DNA of 33,285 bases from Pirellula sp. GTDB taxonomy: Bacteria; Planctomycetota; Planctomycetia; Pirellulales; Pirellulaceae. The translations under genes were made by a program, and so were the position numbers. The notes beneath the pieces were generated by a model, which had not been told where the DNA came from, searched no databases, and was given only the letters and a program-made list of their open reading frames with translations. Of this stretch, positions 1 to 10,619 are shown in pieces; within the stretch, counting starts at the first letter, position 1; each line of letters begins with the position of its first letter. The DNA is taken from NCBI GenBank assembly GCA_032116775.1, contig JAUMAI010000370.1, positions 1 through 33,285 of the forward strand, read 5' to 3'.

Positions 1-1636
1 GACTGGTAGCTCGCTCTAAATCATTTTCAGCTCCCACTGTTGTCTGATTGTAGATGAGCCTCTCCGCTGCTCGTCCACCCAAAAGCATAACCAATTCGTC
101 TAGCAGTTCGGTTTCCGACATGCTAACACGATCTTCGGATGGAAGTATTTGTGTGCTGCCGAGGGAGCGACCGCGAGGAATGATCGTAACTTTATGAACT
201 CGCTGAGCGCCGGGCAGGAACCAAGCAGCGATAGTATGCCCCGCTTCATGATAAGCGGTCTTTTCTTTTTCATCCCGCTGCAAGACCTCTTCTCTCTTCG
301 CGCCGATAAGCACTTTGTCGCGAGCGTACTCGAAGTCTTCCATCGCAACTCGTGTCTTGTCTTGTCGAGCTGCCCAAAGAGCAGACTCGTTCACAATATT
401 TCGTATGTCAGCCCCTGTGAGTCCGACAGTAGCAGCGGCCAACTTCTCGAGATCAACATCTTGATCCAGAGGTACTTCTCGGACGTGAACCTTAAAGATC
501 TCCAGTCGTCCCTTGAGTGTCGGGCGAGATACGGTGATATGTCGATCGAAACGACCTGGTCGTAATAGTGCCGGATCCAGAACATCGGGACGGTTGGTCG
601 CAGCTACCACAATGACAGAATCACTTGGTGAGAAGCCATCCATCTCGCTCAAAATTTGATTGAGCGTTTGTTCTCTTTCATCATGCCCGCCACCTAAACC
701 AGCACCTCTCTGCCGTCCTACCGCGTCGATTTCATCGACGAAGATAATCGCAGGGGAATTCTCTTTAGCGGTCTGGAAAAGATCGCGGACTCGACTAGCG
801 CCGACCCCAACGAACATCTGAATGAACTCGCTACCCGATACCGAGTAAAAAGGTACACCAGCTTCTCCAGCAATCGCTCGAGCCAAAAGCGTTTTGCCTG
901 TACCCGGAGGTCCATTGAGCAATACACCTTTGGGAACGCGCCCTCCGAGCTTTTGAAATTTTTCTGGGCTTTTTAAGTAGTCAACAATTTCTTGCAAGTC
1001 AGCTTTTACACCCTCTAAACCGGCAACATCTTTGAAGGTCGTTTGCTGATCGGATGGTTCATAACGTTTGGCAGTTGAGCGGCTGAAGCTCGACAAGAAT
1101 CCGCCACCTACGATTTGATCGCGCGTACGTCGATAGAGCATCCAGATCGTAAAAATTACCGCCAAGGGCAGGGCCAACATCAGAAACATCATGAGCGACT
1201 GCGTTGGATCTGATGCCTCGGCGTCAACTTCGGCACCGCTCGCCTCTAACTTGGCGATCAACTCGGTTCGATACGCATCTCCGGGCGGAAGATTCACATA
1301 GAATTCGCGGTTTAAACGCGCTGGCGCGCCGTTGACTTGCTTTGGTGGTACCAACTCACCTTTGGCATCAACCTCTGCCGGTGCATCCGGTTCGACCTTA
1401 AAGAATCCGCGGGCAGCAATCGGACCGATCACTACGCTTTGAATGTTGTTAGCTTCCACCTGTTTCAGGAAGAAGCTGTACTTGATTTCGGAAACCTTTC
1501 CAACACCGTTGTTGTAGAACAAAAAGATTCCCAGCAGGGCGACGATGGTCAAAATGATCCACCAATTTTGTGGACGTCGCGTACCTGCGGCCCGTTCACC
1601 ACCCCGGTTGTTGTCATCCTTAGTCGGCTTATCCAT
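1..1636 (-). CDS. ftsH: ATP-dependent zinc metalloprotease FtsH (N-terminal ~545 aa; C-terminus runs off the left window edge)
   Basis: My own translation of the minus strand from the ATG at 1636 (MDKPTKDD...). It has two hydrophobic segments, Walker A GPPGTGKT, Walker [10 protein letters not shown], the SRH region [20 protein letters not shown], the zinc motif HEAGH, and [10 protein letters not shown] at the edge. There is no stop before position 1, so the ORF track omits it. Confidence 0.93.
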   Translation of the reverse strand, partial: MDKPTKDDNNRGGERAAGTRRPQNWWIILTIVALLGIFLFYNNGVGKVSEIKYSFFLKQVEANNIQSVVIGPIAARGFFKVEPDAPAEVDAKGELVPPKQVNGAPARLNREFYVNLPPGDAYRTELIAKLEASGAEVDAEASDPTQSLMMFLMLALPLAVIFTIWMLYRRTRDQIVGGGFLSSFSRSTAKRYEPSDQQTTFKDVAGLEGVKADLQEIVDYLKSPEKFQKLGGRVPKGVLLNGPPGTGKTLLARAIAGEAGVPFYSVSGSEFIQMFVGVGASRVRDLFQTAKENSPAIIFVDEIDAVGRQRGAGLGGGHDEREQTLNQILSEMDGFSPSDSVIVVAATNRPDVLDPALLRPGRFDRHITVSRPTLKGRLEIFKVHVREVPLDQDVDLEKLAAATVGLTGADIRNIVNESALWAARQDKTRVAMEDFEYARDKVLIGAKREEVLQRDEKEKTAYHEAGHTIAAWFLPGAQRVHKVTIIPRGRSLGSTQILPSEDRVSMSETELLDELVMLLGGRAAERLIYNQTTVGAENDLERATS

Positions 1637-1829
1637 GAACGGCCTTTCTTATGGCTCACCTCAGCATCGCATAAAGCTAGGACATTCTAGTCAACAATCA
1701 ACAATCTGGCGACCGACCGAACCCCAGATCACCCCCAGTTCGAAGCCCTTTTTTTGGGCAAAATCGCCTAAAAAACACGATAAAGAGCGCCTAATTGAAC
1801 CAAACCCCCTCTTCCCCAAAATCGGCAAT

Positions 1830-4490
1830 TTAACCATTTGTGAGCTGGCTGATCACCTCTTGTGGCAATGCCTTGGGTAAGGGGCGTCCAGCGTTTTGAG
1901 CCAACTTCAGGTCGCGCAGACCATCCTTGGGTGTCAGGCGGCGGATCAATAGACAGTGCTCCCAAGCATAACCATCAGCTAGTAACCGCCAAGTCCAATA
2001 CCAATCGGGCTTGGCTGCTACACCTGAGCTTGGGACCGAAGTATTAGCAGAATCCATCACAGAATCCGCGGTCTTCGGAGAGACTGGCTCCAGCGGCATA
2101 ACCAGCTGAGCCTTAGCCACATCGCGAGCCCCAGAAACCTCGCTTGTTCGGACCGGCAGTGAATTCATTTTGTCGGCAACGATTTCTGTCGGTTTATCAG
2201 TTGTAGTAACTGGGATACCCTCGGCTCCATCACGTCGCTCTACCACCGGCGTGCTGGCGAACTTCGAGGACTCCTGGGCCTGATGAGAGGCTTCGCGCTC
2301 GAGCGGTTTACGAGTCGGTTTGGCTGCTGCTTCCGTCGGTGATAACTCTTCCAACTTTGAGCGCAGCGCTTTGCTCAATGTCAATTCGGGCCATCGATCC
2401 GTTCCTTTCAAAACCCCTTCACCAACGGGCGTTACAAACACCGTCGGTCGATGAGCCGTGACTTCCTGTTGCCCCAACACTCCTACTTGCAACAATGCAT
2501 CCACAACCTGAACCGCCTGGGTTTGACTGAGCTTCGCCAGCATTCCAAAACCGGCTAAGCGTTCTAATCGCAATCTTTGGACTTTTGCATTTTGCGAACC
2601 TTGCAGGAATTGTGCTAAAAGATTCTTACCGAGCCGACCGTGCGTTCGCGCAATGGCTTCCAAAACTCGCTGCATAATCTGAGGAGTGGCAGCGGCTGAA
2701 TTCTCAGTGGAAGGAACTTTTTGCTCTTGCTCTTTGCTTATTCCGCTGCTGGAGACCGCAGCAACTCTCGGCCATCCCACCTTACCCTGGCATCGATCAC
2801 ACAAACCACAAGGCTTGGCATGCGGATCACCAAAATACTCGAGAATACTCATCTGCCTACAAATGCGTGCTTGGGCAAATGCAATCACTTGATCAAGCTT
2901 CTCGATTTCTGCTTTCTTGCGTTGCAACAATTGATTGAAATCAATCTTCAATTCATCGAAGGGTATTCCATGTTTGCGCAAATGAACCGCTCGACCACGA
3001 AAGGGTGGTACATACTCGACCGATTCCAACTTCGTGACCTCACGCAAACCTCGCAACAAGCTGTCGTGATCCAAGTCCGCTTGCTGTTCGAGCCAGCGCG
3101 GATGCACATAAACAGCTTCATAACGGCGATCTCCGACAGCCTTTTCCAGAGCTCGCATCACTTTGCGTTGATTCTTTGCTTCGCGCGGCAGGACGTCGAT
3201 AAGGCTGGGCAAATCGCTGGAAATGCGAACCATAGCCATCCCCTGCCCCGCCTCCAATCGCTCTAAAACTCCGGTGCGAGTGAGGATCTGCAAACTAGTA
3301 CCGACCGCTTCAGCAGAGACAGACAATTGCAACGCATCACGAATCTCTTGTTGCGTCTGCTCTATCGGGTCCGCTTCCTGCTCGCATACATATTCATAAA
3401 CCCGCTTGACGATATCTTTACTGGGATGCGAGTTTTCAATAAAGAACTCTTGAACAAACCGATCCTGATAGCCATACAACAGAACACACTGCGATGGTAA
3501 ACCGTCGCGCCCAGCCCTACCAGCCTCTTGATAATACGCTTCCAGCGAACCGGGCATATTGTAATGGACAACAAAGCGAAGATCGGACTTATCGATTCCC
3601 ATCCCGAAAGCGTTCGTGGCAACGATCATTTCGAGTTGCCCATTCATAAAGCGATCTTGAATGGCTCGACGCTGTTCAGGGAGCAAGCCAGCATGATAAC
3701 TGCCGACAGATAATTTCAATTCCTGAGTACAGTACTCAACGAGTTCCTCGCAACGCTTACGAGTAGCAGCATAAATAATTCCGGAACCAGGACGGCTCTC
3801 CAAGAAATTCTTCAGCTCCTGCTGCTTATCTTTTTCGCTTTGGCAATGGACCACCCCAAAATGCAAATTGGTTCGCGCAAAACCATTGATAAACTCTTTC
3901 GGATTCCGCAAACCGAGCGTGTGGACAATGTCTTCGCGTACAAGTTGCGTGGCCGTGGCGGTCAATGCGATCGTCTGAATATCCCCCAGCCACTGGCGAA
4001 ACTTACCCAGACGAGCATAATCAGGACGAAAATCATGCCCCCACTGACTAATACAATGCGCTTCATCAATCGCTAGTAATTGAATTGGAGTGGCTCGGAT
4101 CGATTCAATAAAACGAGAATTTCGCAGTCGCTCCGGAGCAACATATAACAAGCGATACTTGCCTGCAGCAACATCCTGTAATCGATATTGCTGTTCGGCG
4201 GGAGATAAGGTGGAATTGATCAAGGTTGCCGGAATACCACGTTGATTCAAACTATCCACTTGATCTTTCATCAGCGCGATCAGTGGCGATACAACGATTG
4301 TCAAACCAGGACGAACGACACTGGGCAATTGATAACAGAGACTCTTACCACCACCAGTGGGCATCACGCATAAACAATCTTCGCCAGCCACAACCTGCTC
4401 GATCACTTCACGTTGGCCTGGACGAAACGAAGAGAGCCCAAACTTCCCCAAAGCATCGTCGATATTATATCCTGCCAGTTCGGCGCTCAT
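1830..4490 (-). CDS. recQ: RecQ-family ATP-dependent DNA helicase with an atypical long C-terminal region
   Basis: 886 aa ORF. Motifs seen: FRPGQ, MPTGGGKS, DEAH (IDEAHCISQWGHDFRPDY), LTATA, the Zn-cluster CRQ..YFG..CGLCDRC, and a winged-helix-like RQC segment. No HRDC-like segment is visible. Confidence 0.92.
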   Translation of the reverse strand: MSAELAGYNIDDALGKFGLSSFRPGQREVIEQVVAGEDCLCVMPTGGGKSLCYQLPSVVRPGLTIVVSPLIALMKDQVDSLNQRGIPATLINSTLSPAEQQYRLQDVAAGKYRLLYVAPERLRNSRFIESIRATPIQLLAIDEAHCISQWGHDFRPDYARLGKFRQWLGDIQTIALTATATQLVREDIVHTLGLRNPKEFINGFARTNLHFGVVHCQSEKDKQQELKNFLESRPGSGIIYAATRKRCEELVEYCTQELKLSVGSYHAGLLPEQRRAIQDRFMNGQLEMIVATNAFGMGIDKSDLRFVVHYNMPGSLEAYYQEAGRAGRDGLPSQCVLLYGYQDRFVQEFFIENSHPSKDIVKRVYEYVCEQEADPIEQTQQEIRDALQLSVSAEAVGTSLQILTRTGVLERLEAGQGMAMVRISSDLPSLIDVLPREAKNQRKVMRALEKAVGDRRYEAVYVHPRWLEQQADLDHDSLLRGLREVTKLESVEYVPPFRGRAVHLRKHGIPFDELKIDFNQLLQRKKAEIEKLDQVIAFAQARICRQMSILEYFGDPHAKPCGLCDRCQGKVGWPRVAAVSSSGISKEQEQKVPSTENSAAATPQIMQRVLEAIARTHGRLGKNLLAQFLQGSQNAKVQRLRLERLAGFGMLAKLSQTQAVQVVDALLQVGVLGQQEVTAHRPTVFVTPVGEGVLKGTDRWPELTLSKALRSKLEELSPTEAAAKPTRKPLEREASHQAQESSKFASTPVVERRDGAEGIPVTTTDKPTEIVADKMNSLPVRTSEVSGARDVAKAQLVMPLEPVSPKTADSVMDSANTSVPSSGVAAKPDWYWTWRLLADGYAWEHCLLIRRLTPKDGLRDLKLAQNAGRPLPKALPQEVISQLTNG

Positions 4491-4590
4491 TCTCGGTAAT
4501 CCTTTCGCTAGGCAGTATATCGACTTGCGATCGACCTGTGTTAGGTCGCTCCCAAGACCCGAACATTCTAGCGAGGAATCGGCGAAAAGA

Positions 4591-5976
4591 CTAACCAGCT
4601 ACCGCTGCTTCAACGGCATGCTTGATGTCCGTTTGGGGCAAGGCGCTTCGTAATTCGGCCACCTTTGCAGCAGTAACTTGGGTATTATCCAGAATCAGCG
4701 TTTTGAGCCCTTTCAGACGACTCAGAACACCTACTCCTTCATCATTAACGGCCGTCTTACCCAAGTGCAGAAACTCCAGGGTTTGAATCTCCGCAATCGT
4801 CGACAATGACGAATTATCAATACCAGCCACATCATCCAGATTAAGCCGTTTGAGCGGCATTTTTTTCAAGTTTCCGATACCTGCATTGGTCACTTTGGTG
4901 CGGAGCAGATTCAGATCCACTAACGCGGGTAAGCTAGCGATTTTTTCTAGGCCAACATCGTCGACCGCAGTTTCACTGAGATCCAACTCGGCCAAATTTG
5001 CCAACCCCTGCAATGATTGCATACCACTGGAGGTAATCGCTGTTCCACGCAATTTCACCTTAGTCAGCTTCGTGGCATCCTTAATTGACTCCAGCCCGAG
5101 ATCTCCGATGGGTGATTTATAAAGATCGAGATCTTTTAAACTCGTCAACACTTTCAGCGATCCCATACCAGCATCAGTAATAGACGTCTCTTGCATGGTC
5201 AGCATCTGAAGATCGATTAGCGATTCTAAACTCTTGGCCCCCACGTCGGTAATCTTGGCTCCGCCGATTAATAAACTCTTCAGCTTTGAAAACTTAGCAA
5301 TGGCAGCTAGACCATTATCACCGATTTCTTTGCAACCGCGCAGATCCAACAGTTCGAGTTCGGTCAGTTGATTGAGCTTTGATAGGGCCGAACCGGAAAT
5401 ATCCGTTCCGCGCAAACGCAACTTGCGCAACGTACTCACATTGTTCAGTACCTCAAACTTGTCGTCCGATATTTTAGATCCTTCTAAACTTAGATCTTGC
5501 AATTTACGAATCGTCAATAAAATTCGGAACGATTCCGAGGTAACCGATGAGCTTTGCGCGATATTCAAGGTCGATAGGTTCGGATGGCCGGCCAGCAAGC
5601 CAATAGCCGAATCATCTATTTGCTCACCAGACAGTATGAGTGTCTCTAAGAAGGGTACCCCCTGCAGCCAAGTGAGTTGCTCGTAGTTGCCTCCACCCGC
5701 TTTGCGAAAATCAGCCGAAACCAACTTCCCATCTTTGTTGGTTTTTACCTCGATACCGGGAAGTGCTTCAATTTGATCACGATAGTCCAAATTTTCTTGG
5801 TTAGAATATCTTCGCATATCGTATTGCGGTGAACCGGGTACTCCAGCCTCTATTACAGTTGGTGAAGGAAGGAACCTTGGTAAAGGCGTTCCCCTCTCCT
5901 GCTCCACCTTCTCGCGATTTCCGCAACCAACAGTGCTAACCCACAGACACAACAACAATAAACTGGCTAATCTCAT
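4591..5976 (-). CDS. Leucine-rich repeat protein, probable lipoprotein
   Basis: 461 aa. The N-terminus MRLASLLLLCLWVSTVGCGN has a hydrophobic signal followed by a Cys lipobox-like site. At least 12 consecutive ~24-25 aa repeats follow the pattern LxxLxLxxTxIxDxGLxxL. Confidence 0.8.
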   Translation of the reverse strand: MRLASLLLLCLWVSTVGCGNREKVEQERGTPLPRFLPSPTVIEAGVPGSPQYDMRRYSNQENLDYRDQIEALPGIEVKTNKDGKLVSADFRKAGGGNYEQLTWLQGVPFLETLILSGEQIDDSAIGLLAGHPNLSTLNIAQSSSVTSESFRILLTIRKLQDLSLEGSKISDDKFEVLNNVSTLRKLRLRGTDISGSALSKLNQLTELELLDLRGCKEIGDNGLAAIAKFSKLKSLLIGGAKITDVGAKSLESLIDLQMLTMQETSITDAGMGSLKVLTSLKDLDLYKSPIGDLGLESIKDATKLTKVKLRGTAITSSGMQSLQGLANLAELDLSETAVDDVGLEKIASLPALVDLNLLRTKVTNAGIGNLKKMPLKRLNLDDVAGIDNSSLSTIAEIQTLEFLHLGKTAVNDEGVGVLSRLKGLKTLILDNTQVTAAKVAELRSALPQTDIKHAVEAAVAG

Positions 5977-6217
5977 GGATTCTCTCGCAGCCTGCTTTTA
6001 AATGTACTGCAGAAGCCTGACACCAAATTGTCAATCGCTTTCAAGATCGCAAAATCACCCTCTAACCACCTCTTCAGCGTAACTCCCACAGAGAAGTTGC
6101 GTCCACCCCCAGGCGACCTATCGAACAATTTTACTTATCCTGTTAAAAGCTTGTTTCTCGCGATCGAGTGATTGCGAAAATATCAGCCAGAACGCTTTTC
6201 AAGCTGAAACCGTTCAT

Positions 6218-7150
6218 TTGCAAGATCAAAAACGCACCTTGCCCTCAGCTAATGCCCTCATGAATAACTTACAACTGACCTCAAAGGCCGACCTTCTTCC
6301 CTTGCGTGTAGAAGTCGCAATGCTTCCTAACGCAGCCGAGCTTTTTTCTTTGGAACGAGGCCTGGCAGTCGTAATCGATACCCTGCGTTTCACCACCAGC
6401 GCGATTACCGCACTCGCAGTGGGAGCAAAATATGTCCAAACCTGCACAACCGTTGAGCAGGCTCTGCAGATCCGTCGCTCACTTGGCCCGGAATTGCTGC
6501 TGTGCGGTGAACGAGAAGGGATTCGTATCGATGGATTCGATCTTGGCAACTCACCCTTGGAATACACCGCTGAGAATGTCGCTCAACGTCCGTTGCTCTT
6601 TTCTACAACCAACGGAACAGTGGCTGTAGAAACTGCGCAGCGACGTGGCGCTCAACGGATCATGCTGGCAGCTCTCATCAACCGAAGATCGATAGCAGAG
6701 CACATGCTGGAGTTTCTAAATTCCGAGGTTACACCACCCACTGAAGATAAAAATCGTAGTTGGTCTGCAATCACGTTGATGTGCGCTGGAACCGATGGCC
6801 TAGTCACCGGCGAAGATGTTCTCACCGCTGGCGCAATCATCGATCACTTACAAGTGGTCCTCGAGCAACCCAAAAACCAGACGATTAAAAATCGGATCCT
6901 GTTCTCAGACGCAGCGGTAATTGCCAATCGCTATTGGCAGACTCTCGCGTCACAAAGTGTTAACGATGAAGATCTAAATCATGGAATTTGCGATCACTTC
7001 CATCATGTACGAGGTGGAGCCAAGCTCCTGGAACTTAACTACCATCAAGATTTAAAAGCGGCTGCAGCGGTGGATCAATACGACTGCGTGCCGAGTTGTG
7101 ATCTCTCCTCAATAACCGATGGAATCGTTCGTTTTACAAAGCGCCCTTAA
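6218..7150 (+). CDS. 2-phosphosulfolactate phosphatase (ComB) family protein; start uncertain
   Basis: 310 aa ORF starting at a TTG. Family-like motifs are VVIDTLRFTTS and GEREG..I.GFDLGNSP. In-frame ATGs at 6260 and 6320 are alternative starts. The 3' end overlaps the trpA 3' end convergently. Confidence 0.7.
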   Translation: MQDQKRTLPSANALMNNLQLTSKADLLPLRVEVAMLPNAAELFSLERGLAVVIDTLRFTTSAITALAVGAKYVQTCTTVEQALQIRRSLGPELLLCGEREGIRIDGFDLGNSPLEYTAENVAQRPLLFSTTNGTVAVETAQRRGAQRIMLAALINRRSIAEHMLEFLNSEVTPPTEDKNRSWSAITLMCAGTDGLVTGEDVLTAGAIIDHLQVVLEQPKNQTIKNRILFSDAAVIANRYWQTLASQSVNDEDLNHGICDHFHHVRGGAKLLELNYHQDLKAAAAVDQYDCVPSCDLSSITDGIVRFTKRP

Positions 7151-7931
7151 GCTCAGTAACCAACTCGTCGATACTGCTAAGAACGGCTTGTTCGCCTTGA
7201 GCCGCAGCATCGGCGATGCGTCGCACTAGGGCCGAGCCAACAATGATCCCATCGGCAACCGGTGCCAACTTACGAACATGCTCAGGCTGACTGATGCCGA
7301 AGCCGATGCAGATTGGCAAGTCCGTTCGCTGACGTAACCATTGAACTTGATCGAGAAGCCCCGGGGGTAACTCCTGACGCTCACCCGTAATACCCGTCAC
7401 AGAAACAAAGTAAATAAAACCGGAACTGCGTTCAGCAATTCTCACGGCTCGTTCGCGAGGCGTTGTCGGGGTGACGAGTTGAATCAAATTGAAATCTTCT
7501 CGCTTGCAGATCGCAGCGAACTCATCCGCTTCTTCAACCAACAAGTCGGGAATGATCGCGCCGCAAACGCCAGCAGCCTTTGCTTGCTGAACAAATTGCT
7601 CAAGTCCCTTGCGATACACGACTGCGTAACTGAGCATCGTTAACAGTGGCATCTTGACGGTCGGTGAGACTTCTTTGACCGTATCAAAAATCTGCGACAG
7701 CTTGATTCCGTGAGCTAACGCACGCGTGTAGGAAGCCTGAATCACAGGACCATCTGCAATTGGATCGCTATAGGGAACGCCCACTTCGGCAATAGAACAC
7801 CCCAAGGAATCGAGACGACGCAATATTTTCGCCGTCATTTCGAGACTCGGATCTCCGGCAGTTACGAATGGTATGAAAGCCTTCTTCTTCTCAGCGCGTA
7901 AGCGGACAAATAGTTCGTCCAAAATTGTCAT
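7134..7931 (-). CDS. trpA: Tryptophan synthase alpha chain
   Basis: MTILDELF..KKAFIPFVTAGDP, GVPYSDPIADGPVIQ and GFGIS are classic TrpA motifs. The track ORF extends to 7997, but the ATG at 7931 gives the usual N-terminus. Confidence 0.92.
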   Translation of the reverse strand: MTILDELFVRLRAEKKKAFIPFVTAGDPSLEMTAKILRRLDSLGCSIAEVGVPYSDPIADGPVIQASYTRALAHGIKLSQIFDTVKEVSPTVKMPLLTMLSYAVVYRKGLEQFVQQAKAAGVCGAIIPDLLVEEADEFAAICKREDFNLIQLVTPTTPRERAVRIAERSSGFIYFVSVTGITGERQELPPGLLDQVQWLRQRTDLPICIGFGISQPEHVRKLAPVADGIIVGSALVRRIADAAAQGEQAVLSSIDELVTELKGAL

Positions 7932-8046
7932 AGTATTTTTTCTAGTAGCTCGATGTATGAAGAAAATTGTTCGTTTGACTTCGCCTGCGTCAATCACGCA
8001 GTTTTCGAAAACACTGCTTTAGAAATACTCACGCAGGGCTAGCCTA

Positions 8047-9276
8047 TTACCATTCCTGTCCCTTGAGACGAGCTATTTCAGCTGCGTCTTTATCTCCGCG
8101 ACCCGACAAGCAGATGACCAAGTGCTGGTTCGGTTTCATCGTCTTGGCAATCTCTACGGCCTTAGCAATTGCATGACAAGTCTCGAGTGCTGGCAGAATA
8201 CCTTCATTTCGAGCTAACAGGTCAAAGGCTTGCAAAGCTTCGTCGTCTTGGCAATCGATATAGTCTACGCGACCAGTATCTTTCCAGTAGCTATGTTCAG
8301 GACCGACACCTGGATAGTCGAGACCTGCCGATATGGAATGCACATCGCTGGTCTGGCCATCTTCATCTTGCATCACATAGCTATAACTTCCATGCAAGAC
8401 ACCGGGAGTACCGTGCGATAGTGGTGATGCATGTTGGCCAGGTTGAGCACCACGTCCTCCAGCCTCAACACCTATTAAGCGTACACCTGCATCCTCAACG
8501 AATGGATAAAACATTCCAGCTGCGTTACTACCGCCGCCGACACAAGCGACCACTGCATCAGGTAACTTGCCAAAGGATTCCAAACATTGTTCGCGAGCTT
8601 CACGACCAATCACCGACTGGAAATCGCGAACCATCATTGGAAACGGATGAGGTCCAATCACGGATCCAATGATGTAATGGGTATGCTCAACACTTGCCAT
8701 CCAATCTCGCATCGCTTCGTTGACTGCGTCACGCAACGTTTTCGAGCCGCTGGTTACCGGTCGAACTTCAGCTCCTAGCAATCGCATACTGAAAACGTTA
8801 GGGCGTTGTCGACGCACATCTTCAGCACCCATGTAGACCACGCAAGGCAAGCCAAAATGAGCACAAGCAGTAGCGGTTGCTACGCCATGCTGCCCTGCCC
8901 CAGTCTCTGCGATAACTCTCTTCTTTCCCATCCGCAAGGTGAGCAAAGTCTGTCCGAGGGTATTATTGATTTTGTGAGCACCCGTATGGTTAACATCCTC
9001 TCGTTTGAGCCAAATCTGTGCACCACCGGTCTGGGCGGTTAAACGTTTAGCAAAATAGAGCGGAGAGGGGCGACCCACGAATCGTTTGAGAAGATCATCC
9101 AGTTCGGCATGAAAGGCTGGATCTTTTCTGGCGGACTCATATTCTCCAACCAATTCATCCAGAGCACGGGTCAGGGTCTCAGGAACATATCTCCCACCGA
9201 ATGACCCGAAGCGTCCACGAGGATCTGGAACCTGCGCAGAAGCGTGAGAAATATTTCCGATAGGAGCAGTGGCCAT
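8047..9276 (-). CDS. trpB: Tryptophan synthase beta chain
   Basis: [15 protein letters not shown], the PLP-lysine region HTGAHKINN, and GGGSNA. The ATG at 9276 (MATAP...) is preferred over the upstream TTG at 9288. It lies immediately upstream of trpA on the same strand. Confidence 0.95.
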   Translation of the reverse strand: MATAPIGNISHASAQVPDPRGRFGSFGGRYVPETLTRALDELVGEYESARKDPAFHAELDDLLKRFVGRPSPLYFAKRLTAQTGGAQIWLKREDVNHTGAHKINNTLGQTLLTLRMGKKRVIAETGAGQHGVATATACAHFGLPCVVYMGAEDVRRQRPNVFSMRLLGAEVRPVTSGSKTLRDAVNEAMRDWMASVEHTHYIIGSVIGPHPFPMMVRDFQSVIGREAREQCLESFGKLPDAVVACVGGGSNAAGMFYPFVEDAGVRLIGVEAGGRGAQPGQHASPLSHGTPGVLHGSYSYVMQDEDGQTSDVHSISAGLDYPGVGPEHSYWKDTGRVDYIDCQDDEALQAFDLLARNEGILPALETCHAIAKAVEIAKTMKPNQHLVICLSGRGDKDAAEIARLKGQEW

Positions 9277-9379
9277 GTCTACAATCAACTTTCGCTAAAA
9301 TACGGGCTGGAGGGATCGCTTCCGGAGGGATTCCGGTACTAACCGATTTTCAATCGCCACTTGCAACCGGTCAATACCG

Positions 9380-10615
9380 ATGAAATCACGCAAATTCCAG
9401 CATAACAACTCCCCCGATTCGGGCCACTCCCGTTCCTCATCTCCGACAGATTTCTCTCCGGAAGATGAATACTCACAAGCGGAGGATACTCCCCCCCCTA
9501 CCCCACCGCACTTCAAAGGGCGTGGCACCGCCTCTAACCCGCCGATCCGCTTTGAGAAAATCAACCTGGAAGCTATCGCGACCGACTCGAGCGCCCCCGC
9601 TGCAGACAGCCTGGAATTTCGCTATTCGGCTGATAACCCGGAGGAGCCGGCGACGGAATCTCGGGGCCCCAAGACCGAATTCTGGGAAGACGCCAGCGAA
9701 TCTATTGTGACAGAAAACCACAGTCCCGACCTAAGCTATCGCTGGAGCATCAATCCCTATCGAGGTTGCGAGCATGGATGCACCTATTGCTACGCGCGTC
9801 CTTATCATGAGTATTTGGGCCTGAGCGCTGGCCTCGACTTTGAACAAAAGATCATCGTCAAAGCCAGAGCCCCCCAACTGCTCAAGCAATGGCTCAGCAA
9901 ACCTGCCTGGAAAGGAGAACGCCTTGCACTCTCCGGTGTTACCGATCCGTATCAACCTATCGAACGTCAACTCAAAATCACTCGCCAGATACTCGAACTG
10001 ATGGTGGAAACCAAGCACTGCGTCACGCTGATCACCAAAAACTCCCTCATTCATCGCGATATCGATTTACTGGCGCAACTATCCGCTTGGCAGTTGACCG
10101 GAGTAGCTATCAGCCTCACCACGCTTGACGCGGAACTCGCTCGCAAAATGGAGCCGCGCACTGCGTCACCGGTCGCTCGCTTGCGAACAGTAAAGCAACT
10201 GAGCGAAGCGGGGATTCCCGTACATGTCAATCTCGCACCGATGATCCCAGGCTTAACGGACCACGAAATCCCCCAGCTACTGCAAGCAGCGAAAGATCAG
10301 GGAGCGATATCGGCTGGAATGCAGATTGTCCGCTTGCCGGGAGCAGTTGAGGAAATTTTTTCCCAGTGGCTGGCCACTGAGTTTCCTGAGCAACAAGCGA
10401 AAATACTTGGGAGGATTCAAGCGATGCATGCCGGTAAACTCAACGATTCTCGCTTTGGCACTCGAATGCGCGGCGATGGTCCTCTCGCGGAACACCTGCA
10501 GCAAACATTTCGATTATGGGCTAAACGCTGTCATTTAGACGGAGGAATGCCTAAACTGAATGAAACCCTATTCACTCCTCCTGCCGAATCCAATGGACAG
10601 TTAAGACTGTTCTAA
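9380..10615 (+). CDS. Radical SAM protein, PA0069/SplB-like (COG1533-type) family, with a Pro/Ser-rich N-terminal extension
   Basis: 411 aa. It has the CxxxCxxC cluster motif CEHGCTYCYARPY, preceded by KGRGTASNPPIRF, which is typical of this family. The ATG at 9380 is the only in-frame start before the conserved region. Confidence 0.85.
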   Translation: MKSRKFQHNNSPDSGHSRSSSPTDFSPEDEYSQAEDTPPPTPPHFKGRGTASNPPIRFEKINLEAIATDSSAPAADSLEFRYSADNPEEPATESRGPKTEFWEDASESIVTENHSPDLSYRWSINPYRGCEHGCTYCYARPYHEYLGLSAGLDFEQKIIVKARAPQLLKQWLSKPAWKGERLALSGVTDPYQPIERQLKITRQILELMVETKHCVTLITKNSLIHRDIDLLAQLSAWQLTGVAISLTTLDAELARKMEPRTASPVARLRTVKQLSEAGIPVHVNLAPMIPGLTDHEIPQLLQAAKDQGAISAGMQIVRLPGAVEEIFSQWLATEFPEQQAKILGRIQAMHAGKLNDSRFGTRMRGDGPLAEHLQQTFRLWAKRCHLDGGMPKLNETLFTPPAESNGQLRLF

Positions 10616-10619
10616 CGCG

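Noticed and set aside
100-1880. Plus- and minus-strand short ORFs over the first 1.9 kb, for example 149..565, 1337..1690 and 1545..1880.
   Set aside because: They overlap the continuous ftsH reading frame on the minus strand or its upstream spacer, and they carry no motifs.
2721-4653. Plus-strand ORFs antisense to recQ, for example 2721..3266 (181 aa), 4226..4594 and 4357..4653.
   Set aside because: They lie within or overlap the strongly supported recQ frame and the recQ/LRR spacer. They have no recognisable motifs and their composition is typical of antisense frames.
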